DNA of 63,544 nucleotides, filler included, from Caldilineae bacterium (GTDB taxonomy: Bacteria > Chloroflexota > Anaerolineae > DTLA01): assembly GCA_037446815.1 (NCBI GenBank). It is 3 parts of 3 records of this genome, joined end to end, with 100 filler letters (N's around TTAATTAATTAA, not from the genome) between each part and the next. Parts side by side here need not be neighbours in the genome. Positions count along the whole stretch, not along the records: positions 49,586 to 63,544 come from JBBIHX010000065.1; 2 more parts are not named here. The stretch is one strand, 5' to 3'. Shown here one piece after another: positions 56,304-63,544 of the stretch (the first letter of the stretch is position 1; each line of letters opens with the position of its first letter). A program made the position numbers and the translations under genes. The notes under the pieces were generated by a model. The model saw only the letters and a program-made list of their open reading frames with translations. It did no database searches and had not been told where the DNA came from.

Positions 56304-57268
56304 GCGCTCTCCTGTTTTCGTGCGGGCGCCAACAGCCTCTCCAAGTCCTTGGCCGAGACTCGGCGCATCCGCTGGACGTGTCGTCGCTTGCGCAGCGCCA
56401 GCGGGATGCGCGCAATGCCCGCGAGGATGCCCCGCAGCCGCGCCCGCGCCGCCTCGCCGCGCCACGCCCGCAGCGCGTCTATGGCGATGCTCCACTGCGC
56501 GCGGATGATATCTTTCCAATGCTTCTTGAGCAAATCGGCGGGGTAGTCCTTCGCAATAACATAGATGGTGTTGCGCCCCGTGTAGAAACTGGCGATTTTC
56601 CCGCCCCCCGTCGCGCTCAACCGATGGTAGATGATGGCCTTGGGCGCGAACACGCACCGATGCCCCGCCAACTGCGCCCGCCAGGCCATGTCCACGTCCT
56701 CGCAGTACATGAACAAATCCTCGTCAAACAGCCCGATTTCGTCCAGCAGCGAACGCCGATAGGCCGCCGCGCCGCCGCACGGGCCGAATACCCAGATGTC
56801 GTCATCGTACTGCCCGCGATCTTCCTCCCACACGCCGCGATTGCCAGGGATGCCGTCGGTGCGATAGAAGTCGCCCGCCGAATGAATCACATTGCGCCGA
56901 TCAAAGAGCCGCATCTTGGTGGCGGCCATCCCCGCCTCTGGGTGGGCGTCCAGCGCCGCGACCAGTTCCCTCAGCCAGTCGGGATCGGCCTCGGTGTCGT
57001 TGTTGAACAGCACGATAATCTCGCCGCGCGCCTCGCGGATGCCCGCGTTCACGCCGCCGGTCAGCCCGCGATTCTCCCCAAGGCGAATCAGCCGCACCTC
57101 GGGATAGTCCCGCTCCATCAGCGCTACCGACTCGTCCTGCGAGGCGTTGTCCACCACGATCGTCTCAAAGTCGGTGTAGGTCTGGCGGCGCAGGCTTTCC
57201 AGGCACGTTACCAGGTAGCGCGCCCCGTTCCAATTCGGGATGATGACCGATACCCTCGGATCGGACAA
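56300..57268 (-). CDS. GT2 glycosyltransferase
   Basis: IIPNWNG, DNAS, FNND and FMYCEDVD. TTG start follows GAGAGGA. Confidence 0.85.
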   Translation of the reverse strand: MSDPRVSVIIPNWNGARYLVTCLESLRRQTYTDFETIVVDNASQDESVALMERDYPEVRLIRLGENRGLTGGVNAGIREARGEIIVLFNNDTEADPDWLRELVAALDAHPEAGMAATKMRLFDRRNVIHSAGDFYRTDGIPGNRGVWEEDRGQYDDDIWVFGPCGGAAAYRRSLLDEIGLFDEDLFMYCEDVDMAWRAQLAGHRCVFAPKAIIYHRLSATGGGKIASFYTGRNTIYVIAKDYPADLLKKHWKDIIRAQWSIAIDALRAWRGEAARARLRGILAGIARIPLALRKRRHVQRMRRVSAKDLERLLAPARKQESA

Positions 57269-57284
57269 GCGTTTCCTCTCCAGC

Positions 57285-57428
57285 GATTTCACCGCAGAGT
57301 CGCAGAACACGCAGAGAGAAAGAGAGACTCCGTTTCCTCTCCTACGATTTCACCGCAGAGAGCCACAGAGAGCACGCAGAGAAAAATGGGTAAAGAGACC
57401 TTGTTCCCTCTGCGCCTCGGCGGTGAGC
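57285..57428. repeat. CACCGCAGAG-type REP hairpin cluster
   Basis: CGATTTCACCGCAGAG occurs twice and pairs with CTCTGCG...GCGGTG. Related to 29289-29357. Confidence 0.55.
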
Positions 57429-58259
57429 CTACTCCGCGAAATAGTCTGCCAGGGCCTCCTGCCACGGGCGGAGCGTGATGCCCAGCGCCGCGCCGCAGAA
57501 GTTGCGCAGCGGCGCGTAGCGCGGCGGGTTGGATGGCCGCTTCCACTCCGACGCGTGGATGGGCTTCACCGGCACATGGCCCCGCCCCGCCAACTCCAGA
57601 ATGCGCACCGCCCACTCATACCGCGAGCAGACGCCCTCGTTCACAAAGTGATAGACGCCGTAGTGATGCGTCTGGATAAGTTTGACGATGGCCTCGGCCA
57701 GGTCAGGGGCGTAGGTGGGCGAGCCGAACTCGTCGCTCACCACGCTCAGCGCCCCGCGCTCGTCGGCCGCTCGGATAATCTTCGCCACGAAGTTGTTGCC
57801 GCCCCGCGCGTACAGCCACGCCGTGCGCACGATGTAGTAGCGGTGCAGGAACCGCTGCACGCACTGCTCGCCGGCCCATTTGGTGCGGCCGTAGGTGTTG
57901 ATGGGGTTCGGCGTGTCAAACTCCAGGTACGGCGCATCCTTCGTGCCGTCAAACACCTCGTTGGTGCTGATGTGCACCATCTCCGCGCCGCACTCCAGGC
58001 AGGCCAGCGCCACATTGTGCGTGCCCAGGGCGTTCACGCGGTAGGCCGTGTCGGGGTCCGTCTCGCAGGCGTCCACGTTGGTGAAGGCCCCCGCGTGAAT
58101 CACCACGTGGGGCGCGAACTCCACGATGGCGCGGCGAATCGCACGGGCGTCGGTGATGTCGTAGTCGGGCAAGTCCGCGCCGCACAGAATCTCGCCCGCA
58201 AGAAGCGGCAACAGACTGCGCCCCAGTTGTCCATTGCAGCCGGTAAGGAAGACCCGCAT
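57429..58259 (-). CDS. rfbD: dTDP-4-dehydrorhamnose reductase
   Basis: TGCNGQLG, VDACE, VFDG, YGRTK, RTAWLY and GSPT. Confidence 0.9.
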   Translation of the reverse strand: MRVFLTGCNGQLGRSLLPLLAGEILCGADLPDYDITDARAIRRAIVEFAPHVVIHAGAFTNVDACETDPDTAYRVNALGTHNVALACLECGAEMVHISTNEVFDGTKDAPYLEFDTPNPINTYGRTKWAGEQCVQRFLHRYYIVRTAWLYARGGNNFVAKIIRAADERGALSVVSDEFGSPTYAPDLAEAIVKLIQTHHYGVYHFVNEGVCSRYEWAVRILELAGRGHVPVKPIHASEWKRPSNPPRYAPLRNFCGAALGITLRPWQEALADYFAE

Positions 58260-58286
58260 CAACCCCTCTCCACAACGCGCATGGCA

Positions 58287-60032
58287 CTATGCCTCACGGC
58301 GCCGAGTCAGCCACAGGCGCACCTTCGGCCCCGCCTTCCAGATGAGACGGGGCAGCGCGCCGTTGAGCAGCAGCGTAACCAACGGCAGCACCAGGCCGAT
58401 GGCCGACACCAGCAGCCACTGAATCATCGCCACGAACTGGTGGAACCCGATGGCGAAATCGGGCAGATGCCACGTGATGGTGAACCCGTTGTACAGGTAC
58501 GCCACCGCCAGTTGGACTCCAATCAGGTACAGCGTCAGGAACACGAAGCCATAGGTGGCCGACGCGATGTGCAGCCAGTCCCGCTCTCGCTCCACCCACA
58601 GGCGCGCCGCGACGATGAGCGCGCCGACGCCAAGCCCCAGGGCCGTGCCCGTGAGCGTGCTCATGAGGAACGGCTCCAGGCCCGGAATCGTGCTCAGCGA
58701 GTACACGTTGCCCGTTCGCATGAAGTACAGATGGTATACCACTAGGGAGACCAGGGCCGCGAAGCCCAGGAACACCACGCGCACGCTGCGCTTCCGGTAC
58801 ACCAGGTACAGCGGCAGGATGACGGCGAGAACGGCGAACACGCGGCGATAGGCGCGCTCGGCGAGCAGGCGGCGCTCGGTGGCGATCTCCATCTCCGAGT
58901 CCACCTGGTCAATGGCGTACTGGGCCAGTTGCGCCGCGCTCTCGTAGTTGCGCACCTCAATGGAACTCTGGGCCACCGCCGCGTCGCCCGGGGCCACCTC
59001 GCTCAGCGGCCCTTCGCCGATGCTGTTCAGGTACAGGTTGCCCAGGGCGATGCGCTGGTGGGCCATGGAGACGACTTTCTCCGTCTTCTGCTCCACCGTC
59101 AGTTCCAGCGCGTCCAGCAGGATGTGCCCCTGGGTCGCCGAGGGCGGGGCCGCTCCCAGCAGCGCCGCAATCGTCGGCGCGACGTCAGGCTGCTCAATGT
59201 CGCCCAGATTGCCGGGCACCACGCCCTTGCCCACCATGACGAAGGGTTGGACGAGCACGACGGCATCGTGGCCGCCGTGGCCGCCCCGCTTGATGTGCCC
59301 GTGGTCCGACACGACGATGAGCACGCTCTCCTCAAGGTCCATGGCCTGCACAATCTGCTGAATCATCCCGTCCACCGCGTAGGCGGCCTGGCGGTACTCG
59401 GCGCTCTCGCCCCCGTATTGGTGGCCAGCGTAGTCCACCTGGTCAAAGTGGACGAGCAGCAGGTTGGGGCGAACGGTGGTCAGGAACTCCAGCGCCTTCG
59501 CCAGGACCGCGCGGTCGGCAGCGTCATCCTCGCCCTCCACGTAGAAGCCAGCCTGGAGCAGGTCCTGGGGAATCAACTTCTCCCACCAGTTGAAGCCGGC
59601 GATGGCGCTGGTCAGCCCCGCGCGCCGCACGGCCGCGAAGAGATGATCCACCGCGATGGGCTCCATGGTTTCGTATTCCGCATTGAGCGGCGGGGAACCG
59701 TTGATGTCGGGCCACGCGCCGGTAACCAGCGTGGTCCACGACGGCTGGGAGTAGGACGGCGGCTTGCTGTGCATGATGGCATACGCGCCCTTCTCGCGCA
59801 GGCCGTTCAGGAACGGCATCCGCAGCGACGTGTCATACCGCAGGCCATCCACGATGACATAGACCACCTGCTGCACGACGGGGCTTGAGGGAGCCGCGTC
59901 CGGAAGGGCCTCCTTCAGGGGCGAGCGGAATCCCTCAAACGAGCCCTGAAATCGCATCATGACAAAATAGCCCAAGAGCGCCAGGAGCGGCAGCAAGATA
60001 ATGCTTAGGATGACTCCGCCTCGTCGTCGCAT
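58287..60032 (-). CDS. Membrane alkaline-phosphatase-superfamily protein (GPI ethanolamine-phosphate-transferase-like)
   Basis: N-terminal TM, then DGLRYD, DYAGH and SDHGH...GGHGG, followed by a C-terminal multi-TM region. Confidence 0.65.
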   Translation of the reverse strand: MRRRGGVILSIILLPLLALLGYFVMMRFQGSFEGFRSPLKEALPDAAPSSPVVQQVVYVIVDGLRYDTSLRMPFLNGLREKGAYAIMHSKPPSYSQPSWTTLVTGAWPDINGSPPLNAEYETMEPIAVDHLFAAVRRAGLTSAIAGFNWWEKLIPQDLLQAGFYVEGEDDAADRAVLAKALEFLTTVRPNLLLVHFDQVDYAGHQYGGESAEYRQAAYAVDGMIQQIVQAMDLEESVLIVVSDHGHIKRGGHGGHDAVVLVQPFVMVGKGVVPGNLGDIEQPDVAPTIAALLGAAPPSATQGHILLDALELTVEQKTEKVVSMAHQRIALGNLYLNSIGEGPLSEVAPGDAAVAQSSIEVRNYESAAQLAQYAIDQVDSEMEIATERRLLAERAYRRVFAVLAVILPLYLVYRKRSVRVVFLGFAALVSLVVYHLYFMRTGNVYSLSTIPGLEPFLMSTLTGTALGLGVGALIVAARLWVERERDWLHIASATYGFVFLTLYLIGVQLAVAYLYNGFTITWHLPDFAIGFHQFVAMIQWLLVSAIGLVLPLVTLLLNGALPRLIWKAGPKVRLWLTRRREA

Positions 60033-60078
60033 TCCTAACCTCCGCGCGGCTTTTGGATATTATACCTGTTTTCGGCTT

Positions 60079-62274
60079 TCAGCGCACCTTCTCCAGTTTC
60101 GCGAGGCGCGCCAGGAGCTTCTTGGTGCCCTTGGACGGGAAGGCCACCGTTACCTGCTCGTCATCGGCGATGATCTCCGACTTGACGACCATGCCCTCGC
60201 CAAACATGGGGTGGACGACCCTCTCGCCCGGAGTGAACGTCGGAGCAGACGGGGGCGCAGGCCGCTCATCGTGGCGCGATGCCTGGGCTGTGGGGCCGAA
60301 GCGCGCGCCCGACGCCGCCATCGCAGGCCGCGCGGGGGCTGTCCGCCGCCCGTCATGGGTGAGGCGCGCCGGGATGTCCCGCAGGAACCGCGACGGTTCC
60401 GCGACTTCGCTCCGCCCGTAGGCCGAGCGGCGAAACGCATGGAGCAGATACAGGCGGTCCTTTGCCCGCGTGATGCCCACGTAGAAGAGGCGCCGCTCCT
60501 CCTCCAACTCCTCTCGCGAGCCCGAGGAGCGACTGTGCGGCAGAATGCCCTCTTCCAGGCCCAGGATGAACACAACCGGGAACTCCAGCCCCTTCGCCAT
60601 GTGGAGCGTGAGCAGCACGGGCACATTGGGCTGCTCGCCCAGTTCGTCCACGTCGGCCACCAGCGACACGTCCTGCAGGAACACGCTGAGCGAGTCCTCC
60701 ATCCCAGCATATCGGCTCGCGACGTTCAGCAGTTCCTGGACGTTATCCCAGCGGTCAAGGCCCTCTTCCGTGCCGTCGTTCAGATAGACGTGGTAGTTCG
60801 TCCTGTCCAGCACCAGAGCCAGGATGGACGCCACGTCCAACTCTTTGCTCTCCTCCACCAGGCTCTCCCACAGGGCCAGGAACTCCAGCAGAGGCCGCAC
60901 AGCCCGCGAGGGCAGGGGATGGCGGACGTCCTCGCCCTGCTCCGCCTGGCGCAGCATGTGGAGCGCGTCCCAGGCCGACACGCCCAATTGCCCCGCCCAC
61001 GCGAACAGCGCCGCCACGGTCTGCGCCCCAAGCCCGCGCGGCGGGACGTTGATGACGCGGTTCAGGCTGGCCGAGTCGGCGGGGTTGTACACGATGCGCA
61101 GGTAGGCCAGGATGTCTTTGATTTCGCGCCGCTGGTAGAAGCGAACGGCCCCCACCAGTTTGTAGGCCATCCCGGCGCGCAGGAACGCCTCTTCCACGGC
61201 GCGGGATTGGGCATTGGTGCGGTACATGATGGCGCAATCGCCCGGCCGCGCAATCCCTTCCTCCACAAGGCGCTGAATCTCTCGGACGACGTACTGGCCC
61301 TCTTCCTGCTCGTCGTAGGCTTCGCGCACCACCACCGCCGTGCCCCCGTCGCGATCGGTAACGAGGCGCTTGGGCGTGCGGTAGGCATTGCGGGAGATGA
61401 CGGCGTTGGCCACGTCCAGGATTGTCTGGGTGGAGCGGTAGTTCCGCTCCAGCAAGATGACCGGCGCTTCGGGGAAATCACGCCGAAACCGCTGGATGTT
61501 CCGAAAATCGGCGCCGCGCCACGAGTAGATGGACTGATCCTCGTCCGCAACGACGAACAGATTGCGATGCTCCTTCGCCAGCAGGGTGAGGAGCACGTAC
61601 TGCGCCGCGTTGGTGTCCTGAAACTCATCCACCAGCACGTAGGAATACCGATGGCGATACCGCTCCAGCACGTCGGGATGCTGCTGCCACAGGGTCGCCG
61701 TGTGCATCAGCAGGTCGTCAAAATCCATGGCGTTGCTCTCACGGAGCGTCTGCTGGTAGCGCCTGTAGATTCGGGCGATGATCTCTTCTTTGTGCGAACT
61801 TGGCCTGAATTCGTCCGCGCCGACGAGGTCGTTTTTCGCCTTGGAGATGACGGACAGGATGCTGCCGGGCCTGTACTGTTTCTCGTCCAGGTTCATCTCC
61901 CTGAGAATGCGCTTGATGACGGCCTGCTGGTCGTCCTCGTCGTAGATGGTGTAGGTGGGCGAGAAGCCGAGCAGCGCGCTCTCGCGGCGCAGGATGCGGG
62001 CGCAGATGGCGTGGAACGTGCCGATGGTGAGCGCCTCGCTTTCCGCGCCGAGGAGGCGGAACAGGCGCTCCTTCATTTCGCGGGCGGCCTTGTTGGTGAA
62101 GGTGAGCGCGACGATGTTTCTCGCCCCCACGCCGGTCTCCCGGACCAGGTAGGCCACCCGATGGGTGAGGACGCGGGTTTTGCCGCTGCCTGGGCCGGCC
62201 AGCACCAGCGCCGGGCCGTGTTCCCAGACCACGGCCTCTCTCTGTTGTGGATTCAGGCCATCCAGCAAGTCCAT
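60079..62274 (-). CDS. pcrA: ATP-dependent DNA helicase PcrA/UvrD
   Basis: AGPGSGKT, TFTNKAA, DEFQD, QSIYSWRGA, NYRS, AKGLEF and YVGITRA, plus a C-terminal Tudor-like HPMFGEG. Confidence 0.95.
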   Translation of the reverse strand: MDLLDGLNPQQREAVVWEHGPALVLAGPGSGKTRVLTHRVAYLVRETGVGARNIVALTFTNKAAREMKERLFRLLGAESEALTIGTFHAICARILRRESALLGFSPTYTIYDEDDQQAVIKRILREMNLDEKQYRPGSILSVISKAKNDLVGADEFRPSSHKEEIIARIYRRYQQTLRESNAMDFDDLLMHTATLWQQHPDVLERYRHRYSYVLVDEFQDTNAAQYVLLTLLAKEHRNLFVVADEDQSIYSWRGADFRNIQRFRRDFPEAPVILLERNYRSTQTILDVANAVISRNAYRTPKRLVTDRDGGTAVVVREAYDEQEEGQYVVREIQRLVEEGIARPGDCAIMYRTNAQSRAVEEAFLRAGMAYKLVGAVRFYQRREIKDILAYLRIVYNPADSASLNRVINVPPRGLGAQTVAALFAWAGQLGVSAWDALHMLRQAEQGEDVRHPLPSRAVRPLLEFLALWESLVEESKELDVASILALVLDRTNYHVYLNDGTEEGLDRWDNVQELLNVASRYAGMEDSLSVFLQDVSLVADVDELGEQPNVPVLLTLHMAKGLEFPVVFILGLEEGILPHSRSSGSREELEEERRLFYVGITRAKDRLYLLHAFRRSAYGRSEVAEPSRFLRDIPARLTHDGRRTAPARPAMAASGARFGPTAQASRHDERPAPPSAPTFTPGERVVHPMFGEGMVVKSEIIADDEQVTVAFPSKGTKKLLARLAKLEKVR

Positions 62275-62300
62275 GCGGTCTCCTTGTGTGCGGTGCCCCC

Positions 62301-62329
62301 ATTGTATCACCGCCGCGCGGTTTTTCCAA
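62301..62329 (-). promoter_or_regulatory. sigma70-like promoter of pcrA
   Basis: TTGGAA-17 nt-TACAAT with an extended TG. Confidence 0.55.
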
Positions 62330-62342
62330 AGCGCCGCTGGGG

Positions 62343-62580
62343 GTAGGTGCGACCGGCGGGTCGCACCTACCGGCGCAATCGCGCCCCTATCCGCACAATC
62401 CGTGTTATCTGTGGAGACAACCCTGGAGATGCTTCGCCTTCGGCTCAGCATGACAGATGGGGCGCCTGACGTGCGACGCACTTCCGAAGTGCGTCGCACG
62501 TTATCTATGTACGGATTCGTGTTACTCCGCACAGTCGGGGCAGTGCTGCAGTGCACGGGCGACCGGCGGGTCGCCCCTAC
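62343..62580. repeat. Composite REP cluster (GTAG-type 62343-62370 and 62557-62580; family A 62469-62501)
   Basis: GTAGGTGCGACCGGCGGGTCGCACCTAC, a GAGATGCTTCG...CTCAGCATGAC arm and the family A palindrome. Confidence 0.8.
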
Positions 62581-62673
62581 CGGCGTAGGCGCCAAGGACT
62601 TTGCAGCCGAGTCAACGAGAGGTGCACGCCTGGGCGCAGCACGTGGCGCGGGGGTGATGGCGGGGAAGGCCGG

Positions 62674-63303
62674 TCAGCGGCTACGGCCCGATTCCGGCGT
62701 TGGCTCACCGTGCTCAAACAAATCCGGGTAGAGCAACCGCGCGCAGTCGGGGCAGATGCCGTGGCTGAAGTCCAGATTGGAGTAGCGAGACACGTACGAC
62801 TCAACGTCTTCCCAGTACTCCTCGTCGGTGCGCACCTTCTTGCAGTTCGCGCAGATGGGGACGATGCGGCGCAATGCTTCCAGTTCGGTGATGTCTTCCA
62901 GCGTCGCCAGGATGAGCCGTTCGCCCTTGTACTCAAACGGCGCGGTGCTAATGAGCAGGTGGGCCTCCTGTGGTCGTCCCTGCCGCACCAGCAACAGGGT
63001 CGTCTTGCGGCGAACGACAGCGCGGCCCGCCGTGGACTCCTTGACCGAGTTCCGCAGCGCGCAATCCGCGCAGACCGGACTTGTGCCGCACCCGCCCGGC
63101 GACTCCAGCGCGTGGACGCACCCGAGCGCATTGCCGCACAGTTGAGGCAGGTCGCTCTTGTCGCCCCGGCCCAGCATCTCCAGCCCTGCCGCGTTGCAGT
63201 CCACAATCTGCACGCGGCGGTTCATGAGGAACACCGCCGCGGGGAGGGCGTCCAGGATGGCGCGGGTATAGTCGTCGGTTACATACTGCTGTGCATAATC
63301 CAT
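62674..63303 (-). CDS. Cytoplasmic PAS protein with Cys-rich insert and C-terminal Cys/His domain
   Basis: PAS (AILDALPAAVFL...LEDIT), CGNALGC...GCG...CADC, and IVPICANCKKVR...FSHGICPDC. Confidence 0.75.
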   Translation of the reverse strand: MDYAQQYVTDDYTRAILDALPAAVFLMNRRVQIVDCNAAGLEMLGRGDKSDLPQLCGNALGCVHALESPGGCGTSPVCADCALRNSVKESTAGRAVVRRKTTLLLVRQGRPQEAHLLISTAPFEYKGERLILATLEDITELEALRRIVPICANCKKVRTDEEYWEDVESYVSRYSNLDFSHGICPDCARLLYPDLFEHGEPTPESGRSR

Positions 63304-63384
63304 AAATCCGCCCAAAATAGTCCGCTGCGGCCCATTGTGCATGTAAATGCATCGGCTGTCAAATCCCACACGGCCATGGACGCG

Positions 63385-63544
63385 CTCTGTCATCTGAGGC
63401 GCCAAGCGGTGAGGAATCTCGTAGAGCACATTGCCAATTTGCTCTACTTTGTCCCCATCTGTGCAATCCGTGTTATCCGCGGATACAACCCGATTCGGTT
63501 CCAAAGTCTGTTGGTATTTGTCATTGCGAGGGCGCGGAGCGCCC
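63385..63544. repeat. REP cluster plus start of a reverse MITE copy (from 63492)
   Basis: Family B palindrome at 63421-63447. GATTCGGTTCCAAAGTCTGTTGGTATTTGTCATTGCGAG is the MITE right end, reversed. Confidence 0.7.

Overview
GC-rich (roughly two-thirds GC by eye) bacterial DNA. Gene content and intergenic repeats suggest a Chloroflexota/Anaerolineae-like draft genome or MAG (inference). It is not one contiguous molecule: two 100-nt artificial joins (N44-TTAATTAATTAA-N44 at 24795-24894 and 49486-49585) and a 100-N gap (17421-17520) split it into at least three contigs. Segment 1 holds the best novel-system candidate, a compact c-di-GMP circuit: REC-HD-GYP phosphodiesterase, an unknown two-repeat protein, FHA-GGDEF cyclase and Ser/Thr kinase-STAND ATPase-TPR protein. 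It is followed by a c-di-GMP-I riboswitch whose P1 extension can cover the RBS of a small secreted ZU5-like protein ending HFSRYAWW. Segment 1 also has a peptide ABC importer with an amidohydrolase, fmt, gap, malQ and a GntR/lactonase/Tm-1-like/UroD-like operon. Segment 2 holds a DUF5679-DUF4332-HerA/FtsK-like ATPase unit, a large surface-glycan cluster (O-antigen-ligase-like, GT-C, GT4, GT2, PMM, gmd, rmd) and secG. Segment 3 holds prs, metG, more glycosyltransferases, rfbD, a GPI-ethanolamine-phosphate-transferase-like protein and pcrA. Intergenic DNA is packed with a 150-bp MITE showing 7-8 bp target duplications and several nested REP-like palindrome families. No rRNA, tRNA or CRISPR array was seen. 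All calls come from motif recognition only; no searches were run.
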